Notes: generated from the letters alone by a model not told the origin. A DNA stretch of 64,000 nt from a candidate division FCPU426 bacterium (GCA_963719085.1 CAVRAL010000001.1:160001-224000), one strand, 5' to 3'. Positions 37,903 to 48,200 are shown, counted from the stretch's first letter. Numbers and translations are program-made.

Positions 37903-39399
37903 ATGTCTAAACTGATTTTAGCGATTGACCAAGGCACCACGGGGACCCGCACCTATCTTTTGGATCACGCGGGCAAGGTGGTGGGGAGCGCTTACCAGGA
38001 ATTCACCCAGTATTTTCCCAAGCCCGGATGGGTTGAGCATGACGCCGCTGAAATTTGGCGAACCGTGGAAGCCACCGGTAAAAAGGCGCTTAAGGCGGCG
38101 GGGGTAAAACCCTCGTCGGTGGCCGCCATCGGCATCACGAACCAACGAGAAACCACGGTTCTTTGGGACCGGAAAACCGGAAAGCCCATCCACAAGGCCA
38201 TTGTCTGGCAATGCCGCCGTACGGCGCACCGCTGTGATGAATTGAAAGCCCAAGGAAAAGAAAAACTATTTTTAAACAAAACCGGGCTGGTCCTCGACGC
38301 TTACTTTTCAGGAACCAAGGTTGAATGGCTTTTGAAAAATGTTCCGGGCGCGGCCAAAAAGGCCGCCAAGGGGGAATTGGCTTTCGGCACCATTGATAGC
38401 TGGCTGCTTTGGAACCTGACCGGTGGAAAAATTCACGCCACGGACTATACCAACGCTTCCCGAACCCTTCTTTTTAACATCAAAACCAAACAATGGGACC
38501 CGGCGCTTTTAAAAGCGCTTCACGTTCCCGCTTCACTCTTGCCCAAGGCCCTGGCTTCGGCCAGCTGGTTCGGAAAAACTTCGGCTAAAAGTTTTTTAGG
38601 CGCGGGCATCCCCATCACCGGCATCGCCGGGGACCAACAGGCGGCCCTCTTCGGGCAAGGGTGCCATGAGCCTGGAACCCTCAAGAATACCTATGGCACC
38701 GGCTGTTTCTTGCTTTTGAACTTGGGCCACAAATTTTTGATCTCCAAAAATAAGCTTTTGACCACCTTGGGTTGCGATGGAAAAGGCCGGCCGGTTTATG
38801 TGTTGGAGGGCGCGGTTTTTATCGGCGGGGCGGCCATTCAATGGATTCGGGATGGATTGAAACTGATTAAAACCTCGGCGGAATCCGAAAGGGTGGCGGC
38901 TCAGGTGCCGGGTACGGATGGAGTTTATCTGGTTCCGGCCTTTGTGGGCTTAGGCGCGCCCTATTGGGACGGCCATGCCCGGGGCGCTTTGGTGGGACTC
39001 ACGCGGGGAACGAAAAGGGAACATGTGGTCCGGGCCGCGCTGGAATCGATGGCTTACCAAAGCCGGGATTTGGTGGACGCCATGCTCAAGGATTCCCGTT
39101 TAAAGCTCAGGGAATTACGGGTGGATGGCGGGGCCTGCCGGAATAATTTACTGATGCAGTTCCAGGCGGACATCCTAAAGGTGAGGATCAACCGCCCCAA
39201 GGGCGTGGAAACCACGGCCATGGGCGCCGCTTATTTAGCGGGCCTTCAAATCGGCTATTGGAAAAACAGCGCCCAGATCCAAAAGATCCGCCGGGTGGAT
39301 CGGGTCTTTAGCCCCAAGATGAAAGAAGATACCCGCAAGCGTTTGTGGGCGGGATGGAAGCGCGCGGTGGAGCAAGTTTTGACGAAAATGCCGTCCTGA
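37903..39399 (+). CDS. glpK: glycerol kinase
   Basis: IDQGTT, TNQRET, YFSGTK, GDQQAALFG and KNTYGTG motifs. Confidence 0.97.
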   Translation: MSKLILAIDQGTTGTRTYLLDHAGKVVGSAYQEFTQYFPKPGWVEHDAAEIWRTVEATGKKALKAAGVKPSSVAAIGITNQRETTVLWDRKTGKPIHKAIVWQCRRTAHRCDELKAQGKEKLFLNKTGLVLDAYFSGTKVEWLLKNVPGAAKKAAKGELAFGTIDSWLLWNLTGGKIHATDYTNASRTLLFNIKTKQWDPALLKALHVPASLLPKALASASWFGKTSAKSFLGAGIPITGIAGDQQAALFGQGCHEPGTLKNTYGTGCFLLLNLGHKFLISKNKLLTTLGCDGKGRPVYVLEGAVFIGGAAIQWIRDGLKLIKTSAESERVAAQVPGTDGVYLVPAFVGLGAPYWDGHARGALVGLTRGTKREHVVRAALESMAYQSRDLVDAMLKDSRLKLRELRVDGGACRNNLLMQFQADILKVRINRPKGVETTAMGAAYLAGLQIGYWKNSAQIQKIRRVDRVFSPKMKEDTRKRLWAGWKRAVEQVLTKMPS

Positions 39400-39431
39400 T
39401 ATTTTAAAATAGGTTTATTTGGGGAGAAATT

Positions 39432-40580
39432 ATGAAAAGTAAATTAACGTACGGCGGTTTTTGGGTCAGACTCCTCGCTTGGACGCTCGATCTTATTATT
39501 CTTATGGTTCTTTTGCTTGTCCCGATGATCGTTTTTAGCGTCGCGCTTTCGGTTGTCAGTGTCCGAGGCGGAAATTTTTCTCCGGCACAATGTCAAACAA
39601 TCGGTTTTTGGTTCGGCTTATTCGCGATGATTCTATTGAAATGGCTCTATTTCACGATTATGGAATCGTCGCGTTTACAAGCCACAATGGGTAAAAAAAT
39701 TCTTCATTTGAAGGTGACGGACATTAGAGGGAAGCGAATTAGTTTTGGACGGGCCAATGCCCGCTATTGGTCCAAAATGCTTTCGACGTTATTTTTTTCA
39801 ACGGGTTTTGTCATGATCGGAGTTTCACAATTGAAACAGGGGCTTCATGACAGAATAGCGAAGACCTTTGTGGTTCGGACTGAGCCGGGGGAAAGCGAGG
39901 AATCATCGGTTGACGAAGGGAACGCGGCGAGTAAAGATTATTTGGAAAAAATCACGCCAACCGCCTTTTTTGAGGTTTGGTTTCATCCTCGTAAAGTGGT
40001 TCGAACCATTATCGCGACCCGGCCAGGCTATTGTGTTTGGGCGTTCATTCTTACCTACGCGGTTCTTCAAGCTTTTCTTCCCGAGGATTACGTTTCTTTT
40101 TTAGGCCAAATGCCCCTGGGCATTACCGTTCTTATCGGAATCCTGTTCTCGCTGCTTTTGGATGTGACGGCGTTTGTCGTTCTGGGCGGGCTTACTTATC
40201 AGTTGGGGAAATGGCTTGGTGGAAAAGGAAGTTGGGAAGATATGGAGGTAGCCTATGCCTGGGCCTATCCACCGGCCTTAATCGGAATCCTCTTTATGCA
40301 ATCCCGGGGCCTTCCGGTTTGGTTCCAAATGATCGCGGGTGAAACCGACAGTAGAGCCTTGTTATTACAACCGCATCAGTGGTGGCAAATCTTATTTCAA
40401 GGCATTTCGGCCATTCTCACGGGTTGGACCATCCTCTTATGGATTATTAATATTTCTGAGGCCCATAAGTTATCCATCCCGCGATCGATCGGAATTGTCG
40501 TTTTGGTTTTTATTCCGATCGTTTTATTGACCATTGGTTTCGCGGTGTTCATCGCTTCGCGTGATTTTTCGGGGCACTAG
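39432..40580 (+). CDS. RDD domain fused to a Yip1-like membrane domain
   Basis: YGGFWVR, QATMGK and QGLHDRIA (RDD); VWFHPR..R and LGGKG (Yip1-like). Confidence 0.8.
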   Translation: MKSKLTYGGFWVRLLAWTLDLIILMVLLLVPMIVFSVALSVVSVRGGNFSPAQCQTIGFWFGLFAMILLKWLYFTIMESSRLQATMGKKILHLKVTDIRGKRISFGRANARYWSKMLSTLFFSTGFVMIGVSQLKQGLHDRIAKTFVVRTEPGESEESSVDEGNAASKDYLEKITPTAFFEVWFHPRKVVRTIIATRPGYCVWAFILTYAVLQAFLPEDYVSFLGQMPLGITVLIGILFSLLLDVTAFVVLGGLTYQLGKWLGGKGSWEDMEVAYAWAYPPALIGILFMQSRGLPVWFQMIAGETDSRALLLQPHQWWQILFQGISAILTGWTILLWIINISEAHKLSIPRSIGIVVLVFIPIVLLTIGFAVFIASRDFSGH

Positions 40581-40609
40581 GCGAAAAGAATCGATAAGGA
40601 GAATTTTCA

Positions 40610-41329
40610 TTGAAAGATTTCTTCCCCTTGACGGTCCTACTCATTTTTCTTCCTTCGGCGCTATTGGCCCAAAGTATCACCCCGGTTTTGCCTCAGCCAA
40701 TATCCGCGCCCCTTTTCCTGAGACCGGCCGACAAAACTCCTTTGGACGCGCTCAATAGTCCGGCGGTTCCGGATCAGGGGTTCGATGGAAACCCGCTGGG
40801 AGCCGATGAGGCGATTGACGCTCCCCCGGCGGATATCCTGAACCAACTGTCAGAACCTCATCTTTTTGAGAGCATCAAAGCGGCCAAGAAAAAAGAGGCG
40901 GGAATCAACCAAATCCATTGGCACGCCAGTGATGATTTGAACTATGGCCACTTCCGGGATAAGGAAGGGAACAACTGGTACGGCTGGAGCGATGGCCAGG
41001 CCTTTCATTGGATCCTGGCGTTGGGAAACCGCTACTGGTGGCACGATGACTTCGCCGGGCATTGGCTTTATTTCGCGAAAAACCATTGGTGGAGGGCCGA
41101 TGGCCAATCCGCCAATCAAATTCAAGTCATTATCGACGGGGAATATTACCTTTGCCAAAGGGATGGAACCATTGTCAAGGACATGGGTCAGGATGGGAAC
41201 GGTCAAATTCTCAGCGGCAGTGGGCGTTACCAGGGGGATTTTCGCGGAGGCCACGGCGGTCATGCCGGTGGACATGGTGGTGGGCATTCCGCGAATGGCT
41301 CGAGCGGAGCGGGGACGTCAGGCCAATAG
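40610..41329 (+). CDS. secreted Trp-rich hypothetical protein with Gly/His tail
   Basis: Signal peptide; NWYGW, YWWHD, HWWR and GGHGGHAGGHGGGH. Confidence 0.65.
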   Translation: MKDFFPLTVLLIFLPSALLAQSITPVLPQPISAPLFLRPADKTPLDALNSPAVPDQGFDGNPLGADEAIDAPPADILNQLSEPHLFESIKAAKKKEAGINQIHWHASDDLNYGHFRDKEGNNWYGWSDGQAFHWILALGNRYWWHDDFAGHWLYFAKNHWWRADGQSANQIQVIIDGEYYLCQRDGTIVKDMGQDGNGQILSGSGRYQGDFRGGHGGHAGGHGGGHSANGSSGAGTSGQ

Positions 41330-41429
41330 ATCAAAATGATAAAATTTTGATGGCCGGACGGCGGGTTTATTTGTTCTTTAAAAAACCAGGGTACCTTAAG
41401 ATGCAGGTTCAATCCATTCAAGGACTGCC

Positions 41430-41966
41430 ATGACCCGTTTTCTTCTCGTTTTGTTTTTGGTTTTTACATTTAATTCGCCGGTCTTGGCGAAAAACGCGCA
41501 ACCGGATAACACTCCGCCTTTTGCGCCCATCCAATCCCATTGGACCCTCTGGGACGGCATGCAGTATTTGCGGAATGATCACGTTCTTTCCGAACCCGAA
41601 TTGAACAGCTTGATTCGGTCGCTCAAAGATCAACAGGCTACCGAACTTTTAGTGAGCGGCGAATCGGACGGGACATTGGGAGGGATCGGAGTGGGCGCCT
41701 CCATTGTGGCGTCGATCCTCATCTTGTTTTTGCCCGGCACCCATTTCCAATTATTGGGCCTGAACGTCGCTACCCCCTATTTGCCGGTCGCGGCGCCCGG
41801 AACAGTTTTGGGAATTGTGGGGGGAGTTCTTGAGGCGCAAGCCAACACCGAAAAATACGCCGCCGTCCAACGTTACAACCGCCTCACCAAGCAGGACCAA
41901 TCGTTGACTTGGAATTTTTCGCCCCAAAAGAATGGGATAGGGTTGAATATGGGTTATGCCTTTTAG
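41430..41966 (+). CDS. hypothetical exported/membrane protein
   Basis: Signal peptide, two Gly-rich hydrophobic segments, terminal Phe. Confidence 0.65.
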   Translation: MTRFLLVLFLVFTFNSPVLAKNAQPDNTPPFAPIQSHWTLWDGMQYLRNDHVLSEPELNSLIRSLKDQQATELLVSGESDGTLGGIGVGASIVASILILFLPGTHFQLLGLNVATPYLPVAAPGTVLGIVGGVLEAQANTEKYAAVQRYNRLTKQDQSLTWNFSPQKNGIGLNMGYAF

Positions 41967-41994
41967 CTCCAGGAACAACAGATAAGGAAAAACG

Positions 41995-42930
41995 ATGAAA
42001 ACCCGCCAACTCGGTAATTCGGATTTACATATCACGCCTTTGGGTATCGGGACCTGGGCCATCGGCGGCCCGGACGGCAACTATCATTGGGGCCCGCAAA
42101 GCGATGAGGATTCCATTAAGGCCATCCACCGGGCTTTTGAAAAGGGGATCAACTGGATCGACACCGCCCCCGCTTATGGCCGGGGCCATTCGGAAGAAGT
42201 CGTGGGCAAAGCGATCCGTGGGCTCAATCCCAAGCCTTATGTTTTCACGAAAAACTCATTGGTGTGGGGAGCGGACCGGGTCGTGACCAACCGGCTTAAG
42301 GCGGATTCGGTGCGGAAGGAATGTGAGGACAGCCTTCGGCGTCTGGGGGTTGAATCGCTGGACCTGTGGCAAATCCATTGGCCCAATCCGGATGTTGATA
42401 TTGAGGAAGGTTGGACCGAGATGGCCCGACTGCAAAAAGAGGGCAAGGTCCGTTGGATCGGCGTTTCCAACTTCAGTCCCGCCCAAATGAGAAGGGCCCA
42501 GGCGATCGGCCCCCTTACCTCGCTCCAGCCGCCCTATTCGGCCGCGCGCCGGGACATCGAAGCCGAAATCCTGCCCTTTTGTAAGGAAAACAATATTGGC
42601 GTCATTGTTTATTCGCCCATGCAAGCCGGGCTTCTGAGCGGCCGCATGAGCCGGGAGAGGATTCAAAATCTACCCAAAGGCGATTGGCGTCCCGGAAACG
42701 ACCAGTTTAAGGAGCCGCTTCTGACCCGCAATCTGGCCCTGCAGGAGGCGTTGTCCAAGATTGGCGCGAAATACGGCTATAGCGCGGGTGTCGCGGCCTT
42801 GGCTTGGGTCTTGAGGCGCGAGGAAGTGACCGGTTCTATTGTGGGCTTCCGCCATCCGGATCAGGTGGATGACCTGATCGCGGCGGGAGAGTTTAGGCTT
42901 TCGAAAGAAGAAATGGAAACATTGGCTTAG
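41995..42930 (+). CDS. aldo/keto reductase
   Basis: GIGTWAIGG, DTAPAYG, QIHWP, IGVSNF and YSPM motifs. Confidence 0.95.
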   Translation: MKTRQLGNSDLHITPLGIGTWAIGGPDGNYHWGPQSDEDSIKAIHRAFEKGINWIDTAPAYGRGHSEEVVGKAIRGLNPKPYVFTKNSLVWGADRVVTNRLKADSVRKECEDSLRRLGVESLDLWQIHWPNPDVDIEEGWTEMARLQKEGKVRWIGVSNFSPAQMRRAQAIGPLTSLQPPYSAARRDIEAEILPFCKENNIGVIVYSPMQAGLLSGRMSRERIQNLPKGDWRPGNDQFKEPLLTRNLALQEALSKIGAKYGYSAGVAALAWVLRREEVTGSIVGFRHPDQVDDLIAAGEFRLSKEEMETLA

Positions 42931-42940
42931 TTTTGGGGGC

Positions 42941-43040
42941 GAAGTCAAACGCGTTAGTCGGATTCAGCGCTTTTTTGTCCCGGTCATTCAAGGGCTGTAA
43001 ATCTCCGCGGGTCTAAATTGAAGCGTCGAATAGATGGATC
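42941..43040 (-). pseudogene. remnant copy of the phosphoesterase gene 3' end
   Basis: 28-nt exact match 42968-42995 to 45691-45718; translates LQPLNDRDKKALNPTNAFDF versus LTPLNDRDKKAVNLTNAFDF. Confidence 0.8.
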
Positions 43041-43043
43041 GCG

Positions 43044-43661
43044 CTACTTTGCGTTCTTGATTTTCAAAATCCTCCAATACCCGAAAGGGCGAGTGGGGAT
43101 GTCCTCGGCTCCCGCCAAACCTGTTTTGTCGATGAAATCATCCTGATAAAAAACGGGCTCAAATCCCAAGACGGATGCCAAGGGTTTGATCCCCTTTTCC
43201 ACGATCGTTGCCATGGAATGGCGGCGGCTGAAATGGCTGAGGATGTATAGGTATCCCCCGGGCCGGGTGACCCGCTTCATTTCTTGTACCATGGCGGCGG
43301 GGTTGGGAATGACGGAAGCCACATAGAGGGCCAGGCATTGGTCGAAAGAATCATCCTTAAATTCCAGATTTTCGGCGTCCATCAATTGAAGGTCGGAACG
43401 CAAACGGCCTGATTTTTTCGCGCGGCCTAAAGCCTTTTCCAACATGGGGGCGCAGGCGTCAATTCCGGTTAATTGGGCGTCGGGAGGGTAGAAGGGAATC
43501 GAAAGTCCCGTGCCGATGCCGATTTCTAAGACCCGGTTCCCCGCGGACCATTCGATTTGCCGCAGGGCTTGGCGGCGTCCGGGGTTCAAGGAAATTCCGA
43601 AAACAAAATCATAAAACCCGGCGTATCGCCGGTAAGCGCTTTGAATGGATGCGGCGTCCAT
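43044..43661 (-). CDS. class I SAM methyltransferase, PmtA-like phospholipid N-methyltransferase
   Basis: AYRRYAGFYDFVFG, VLEIGIGTG, MDAENL and RVTRPGG motifs. Confidence 0.8.
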   Translation of the reverse strand: MDAASIQSAYRRYAGFYDFVFGISLNPGRRQALRQIEWSAGNRVLEIGIGTGLSIPFYPPDAQLTGIDACAPMLEKALGRAKKSGRLRSDLQLMDAENLEFKDDSFDQCLALYVASVIPNPAAMVQEMKRVTRPGGYLYILSHFSRRHSMATIVEKGIKPLASVLGFEPVFYQDDFIDKTGLAGAEDIPTRPFGYWRILKIKNAK

Positions 43662-43741
43662 GCGGGATTCCGTGGTGATAGGGTCGTAAGCCGGGACATT
43701 CTAAGGGAAATGACGTTGGAGGGAATCTGTTTTCACGTCTC

Positions 43742-45616
43742 TTATTGGGTCGAGAAATGGTCGAGCGCCCGCCTCCTAAATTCACTAAGAAGCGTGGTGG
43801 GCGCGGCGGGGATCAAGTTGGTCAGGCCCGCCGGGTCTTGGAGCAGATTCACCAATTTTTCGTTTGAGGGAAGCAGTGTCTGGTTCGCCAGGGGGCGGCT
43901 GTATTCCAAAAGCTTTTTTCCGTCATAAAAAACAACCGCGCCTTGGTCCCCGGGTTGGAACGACGGGGTGAAATGGTAGCTCCAGGGATCGGTCCTGGGT
44001 TTCAGAAGCGATTGACCGGCCCAGGTGGGAGGAGGTGTTAATCCCGCCAATTCAGCCACGGTGGGGGCGATGTCCAATTCGGTGGCGAAAAGTGGCTGGG
44101 TGAAGGCCGGAAGCGGCGAACTGCCGCTAAAAAAAAGCGGTGTGTGCAGGATACAGGGGGTTGTGTAATGTCCGTGGCCGTAATGGCCGTCTTCCCCCAA
44201 AAGCTCCCCATGGTCGGCTGTTAGTACCACCAGATAATCCTTCAAATATCCCTTTCGACCCAGGATTCCAAAAAGATTTTTCAAAACGGAGTCGGCTTGC
44301 AGAATCCGGTCGTCGTAAAGATTGACGGCGTATTGGGCTTTGAGGGCTGGCGAGGATCCCTTTTCATGGGTTTCGCCGATGGGTTGGTATTGTTGGTATT
44401 GGTCGTGGAACCGGCCCGCCTGGTGGACCGACATTAGGTGAAAATAAAAGAAGTGAAATTTTCCGTCGTCCGGTTTTAAGCCCTCTAGCAGCGCGGGAAG
44501 GGCTTCGTCGTCGTCAATGCTGTAGCCCGGCGGGAAGGCGGTGCCGTCCAAACAAGTGGATATCTTGTGGCCGTAAGAATTATCGAAGTTATACCAGTGG
44601 TGGTCGCCGGACAGGTAAAGAAAATCCTGAAAGCCGTTGTCCGCCAAAAAATCGGCGAGCGTGTAGTTTTGGGAGCTGATTTCAGGAACCGGCTTGGAGG
44701 TGAGAATGGACATGATTCCCACCGCGGATTCAGAACCATTGGCCAGGCACCAGCCGATTTTCCGGGTCCGGGTGGAAGTTAAAAAGCTTCCCAAGAAGGG
44801 AGTGGTGGACCTCGCGCGGCCGTAGGCGGGCAGTTGGTCGGCCCGCAACGCGTCCACGATAACGAGGATGATGTTGTGGACTTTGGGGATGCGGGGGCGT
44901 GTTTCCATTTCCGCTTGTTTGTCCAGAGCGGCCCATCGCAGCCGTTCCGGGTCCATGGGAAATTTTGTTTTTTCCACCGTGAAGAACCCCCGTATGGGAT
45001 CCTGGAGCAGGCCGCCGCCCAAGGCTTGCTCAGGGTTGGCCCGGCAAAAAAGCACCAAGCTGGCCGTCCAAACCAAACACAGGATGACAAGCGACGTCAT
45101 TTTTGGAGCCCGGTTCCGGTTGAAATTTTCGAAGCGTTCTTTGACCCACCGGTCTAACGCGGCCGCCCGGGCTTGGTAAAAAGCCACGAAACCGATGAAG
45201 GAAAAGGCCGCGAGCGATAACGGAATCCAGGGCGATATCGAAAAGTCGCCGGCCACTTGAAAAAAGCGGGATAAGAAACGGCCCACGATCAGGTAAGTCG
45301 GCGTATCGCCCCAGCACCAGTTGCCGACCGCCGCGCTGAGATAAAGTAGGAAAAGAAAATAGAAACTCAACGCGGGGATGAGCGCCGGAATCCCCCGAAC
45401 CGGCCAGAGGATGTTATTTTCCAGCGTTTTCCGGACAGCGAGGAATACTAGGAATGTGGCCAGAATCCATAGGGCGAGGATATAAAGGTGGACGAGGACA
45501 AAAGGAAGGCCCGCCCCAAAGCGCAGGAGCGCTAAGCCTATATAGAGGATTCCCCCCAAGGCGGGGGGGATCCAAAGAGAGGCCGGCGGCGGAAGGGGAA
45601 AAAGGGCGTCGCGCAT
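43742..45616 (-). CDS. membrane-anchored sulfatase-like / alkaline phosphatase superfamily protein
   Basis: N-terminal TM helices; VDALRAD, TADHGE, GHG and DIAPT motifs. Confidence 0.85.
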   Translation of the reverse strand: MRDALFPLPPPASLWIPPALGGILYIGLALLRFGAGLPFVLVHLYILALWILATFLVFLAVRKTLENNILWPVRGIPALIPALSFYFLFLLYLSAAVGNWCWGDTPTYLIVGRFLSRFFQVAGDFSISPWIPLSLAAFSFIGFVAFYQARAAALDRWVKERFENFNRNRAPKMTSLVILCLVWTASLVLFCRANPEQALGGGLLQDPIRGFFTVEKTKFPMDPERLRWAALDKQAEMETRPRIPKVHNIILVIVDALRADQLPAYGRARSTTPFLGSFLTSTRTRKIGWCLANGSESAVGIMSILTSKPVPEISSQNYTLADFLADNGFQDFLYLSGDHHWYNFDNSYGHKISTCLDGTAFPPGYSIDDDEALPALLEGLKPDDGKFHFFYFHLMSVHQAGRFHDQYQQYQPIGETHEKGSSPALKAQYAVNLYDDRILQADSVLKNLFGILGRKGYLKDYLVVLTADHGELLGEDGHYGHGHYTTPCILHTPLFFSGSSPLPAFTQPLFATELDIAPTVAELAGLTPPPTWAGQSLLKPRTDPWSYHFTPSFQPGDQGAVVFYDGKKLLEYSRPLANQTLLPSNEKLVNLLQDPAGLTNLIPAAPTTLLSEFRRRALDHFSTQ

Positions 45617-45651
45617 ACCCTTAAATTAACATTCAAGGATGAAAATTTCCT

Positions 45652-47013
45652 TTAGTTTCCGGAGAAGTCAAAGGCGTTCGTCAAATTCACCGCTTTTTTG
45701 TCCCGGTCATTCAAGGGCGTTAAGCCCCAACGGGTCTCAATCAATTTCAAAATTGAAGTGGTGTCATAGACGGTCTTGTCCACGAAGTTTTTCTTGGCGT
45801 AAGGCGAAACCACGATCAAGGGCAGGCGGATGCCCGGGCCCAATGAATCGCGGATAGGCGGGGCCACCTGGTCCCAGCGGCCTCCATGATCGTCATAGGT
45901 AATCAAGATCGCCGTGTCTTTCCAATAGGGGCTGTCTTGAACGGCCTTCACCAAGCTCAGCACATATTCCTGGCCCGCTTGGATATCCGAATAGCCCGGA
46001 TGCTCGTCATTCTCGCCCAAGGCCTTGATCCAGCAAACCGACGGCAAGTTTCCGCTTTTCAAATCGTTCAAAAAGTCTTCCTTATCTTTCAAGTGCGTGT
46101 GATCCACGGAGGTGGGACTGGCGTATTTTTTAAAATAGATGAAGGGTTGGTGATGGTACTCATAATCCTCGTCGGCTTTACCGGCCAAGGCGTCATTGAA
46201 CCCTTCCGCGTACCAAGCCCATGAAATATTTTTATCGCTCAGGCGGTCGCCGATCGTCGGCACATCGGACCCGGGCACCAATTGATCCTTCGGGGTCTTG
46301 GGATCATGCGGAATATTTTCGGTCTGGCAATTGTTGATCACGTCACCCTCGGGGCTGAGGAAGCCGTCCTTGATCAAATTGCCCTTGGCGTCCAATTGGG
46401 CGCGCAGGGTGGCGGGGGCGCTTTTCCAGGAAATGGTGTCGGCGCAAATCAAATACAAATGATTCAAGAGGGAACCGCCAAAGGCGCCTTGGAAATAATG
46501 GTCGCAAAGCGTGTATTGGCCGGCCAGCCGGCCTTCAGGTAATTTCGACGCGTCAAAGTAGCTCATGACCAATCCGCCGTTGTCGCTTCCCGAGACGAAC
46601 TTGTCCATCTTGCCGCCATCGATCTGGTTTTGTTCCTGATAATAACGGTGAACCAAATCGCCGGTTTTGTCCGTTGTCTTGATGTAGTTCAAAAGATCAA
46701 AAGGCTTCACCGGCAGGTTGTCGGGGAAGCGCTTGTCCAAGGTAATAAATTTGGTTTTTTTATCGATGCTTAAAGCCGGTTGGGGCAAAACCGTGAGGGG
46801 TTTTCCTCCGTCGTCCACCTGGTCGAATTTCGCGTCGGGACTTTGGATGCCTTCGGCGCCCGGGAAAGACCCATAGAGTCCGTCAAAGCTCCAGTTTTCT
46901 TGGTAGATCACGATCACATGGTTAATTTTTTGAAGATTTGAATTCTGGGCATAGGCGCTCGAAAGCCCCATAAAAAGACCTAAAATCAGCCCGGCGGGGG
47001 ATAAAAACCTCAT
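45652..47013 (-). CDS. phosphoesterase family (AcpA acid phosphatase / phospholipase C-like)
   Basis: YQENWSFD, GGKMDKF, GGSLLNH, DEHPG and TYDDHGG motifs. Confidence 0.9.
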   Translation of the reverse strand: MRFLSPAGLILGLFMGLSSAYAQNSNLQKINHVIVIYQENWSFDGLYGSFPGAEGIQSPDAKFDQVDDGGKPLTVLPQPALSIDKKTKFITLDKRFPDNLPVKPFDLLNYIKTTDKTGDLVHRYYQEQNQIDGGKMDKFVSGSDNGGLVMSYFDASKLPEGRLAGQYTLCDHYFQGAFGGSLLNHLYLICADTISWKSAPATLRAQLDAKGNLIKDGFLSPEGDVINNCQTENIPHDPKTPKDQLVPGSDVPTIGDRLSDKNISWAWYAEGFNDALAGKADEDYEYHHQPFIYFKKYASPTSVDHTHLKDKEDFLNDLKSGNLPSVCWIKALGENDEHPGYSDIQAGQEYVLSLVKAVQDSPYWKDTAILITYDDHGGRWDQVAPPIRDSLGPGIRLPLIVVSPYAKKNFVDKTVYDTTSILKLIETRWGLTPLNDRDKKAVNLTNAFDFSGN

Positions 47014-47173
47014 TTAACAGCCTCCCAGAAAGCTTTATTTTGAGCCCTTTTTAGGCCCTTTCCGGCTCAAAGCCTAGAGCCGAACCCAGAATTAACCTCC
47101 TTTTTACAGGATTTGGGAATCTTCCCCACCTGGCTTTAGGCTTAAAAATAGTTGAAATATATAGAAAAAGTCC

Positions 47174-47233
47174 TTGACCTGGCCCAAAAGTTCAACATAA
47201 TGGCGGCAAGTGGGGAAAAGTGGTTTAAAGTGG
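47174..47233 (+). promoter_or_regulatory. dcw promoter with MraZ-binding GTGG repeats
   Basis: TTGACC-N16-CATAAT, then AAGTGG at 47208, 47218 and 47228 (exact 10-bp period). Confidence 0.8.
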
Positions 47234-47276
47234 GTAAAACTACCGAAAACCCTTATTTTTCAAGGTTAAGGGCGCC

Positions 47277-47735
47277 ATGTTTCGAGGGATCTTTCACAAC
47301 CATTTAGATGAAAAGGGACGGCTCAATATTCCCGCCCGTTTGCGGGAGCAGATTAAGTCCGATCACGAAATGCCTTTGGTTTTGACCTTGGGATTTGACC
47401 AATCCTTGTTTTTGTACCCGATGGACGCGTGGAAAAAAATCGAGGACCAATTGTCCTCGCTCAACAGCCTCAGCCCGGAAGTCCGGCAGTTTCAGCGGAT
47501 GATCTTGGGCAACAGCGATGAAGTGGAATTGGACCAGCAAGGACGCATCATCATCTCGCCGATCCTCCGCAAGGAAGCGGGGCTCTCGAAGAACGTGGTG
47601 ATCGCGGGGATGCTGCACCGCATCGAGATTTGGGATAAAGAAAAGTACGAGACTTATCACGCTCAAAGTTCGCAGTCGTTGGAGCTCTTGGGCCAGAAGC
47701 TTTCGGATAAAGGGATTCAGTCGTTAACTCTGTAG
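47277..47735 (+). CDS. mraZ: transcriptional regulator MraZ
   Basis: MFRG, DEKGRLNIP, DQQGRI and IEIW motifs. Confidence 0.96.
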   Translation: MFRGIFHNHLDEKGRLNIPARLREQIKSDHEMPLVLTLGFDQSLFLYPMDAWKKIEDQLSSLNSLSPEVRQFQRMILGNSDEVELDQQGRIIISPILRKEAGLSKNVVIAGMLHRIEIWDKEKYETYHAQSSQSLELLGQKLSDKGIQSLTL

Positions 47736-47846
47736 CGGGGTGTTGAAAAAGTTGGGACGAAAAACTTTTTCGGTTGAGTAAACCCTGGGGCTGCTAGACA
47801 GGTTTTTGAAAATTTTTTAGAGCAACCCGCGGATCGGGAGTGACGA

Positions 47847-48200
47847 ATGGAAATCGGAATAGAAGTTAAGGAGAAATTTTCGCTCCTTTCCATCGTCGGG
47901 GATATGGATGACGACGATTTAGAAAAGTTGGAACAATCGATCGAGACGTTGATGGGGAAGGGCTACCGCCGGGTGGTCCTGGATTTGACTCAGGTCTCAA
48001 CGATGAGCGCCAATGGGTTGGGGACCCTGGCTCGTCTTTGGAGTCGGATTCGCTTCAAGAGGGGGGACCTGAAGATCGTGGGGCTCAACAGCCGGCTCAA
48101 ATATTTGTTCCGGTCGATGGGGGCCGAAGGAATGTTTGAGACTTACCGCGATGTTCGGGAAATGATGGAAAAGACCGGCCGCTTGCCGGTTGTCGCGTAA
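47847..48200 (+). CDS. STAS domain protein
   Basis: GDMD, VVLDLTQVSTMSANGLG and GDLKIVGL pattern. Confidence 0.85.
   Translation: MEIGIEVKEKFSLLSIVGDMDDDDLEKLEQSIETLMGKGYRRVVLDLTQVSTMSANGLGTLARLWSRIRFKRGDLKIVGLNSRLKYLFRSMGAEGMFETYRDVREMMEKTGRLPVVA

Noticed and set aside
47736..47830. MITE-like ends GCGGGGTGTTGAAAAA...TTTTTAGAGCAACCCGC after mraZ
   Set aside because: The arms are too degenerate and single-copy here to call an element.
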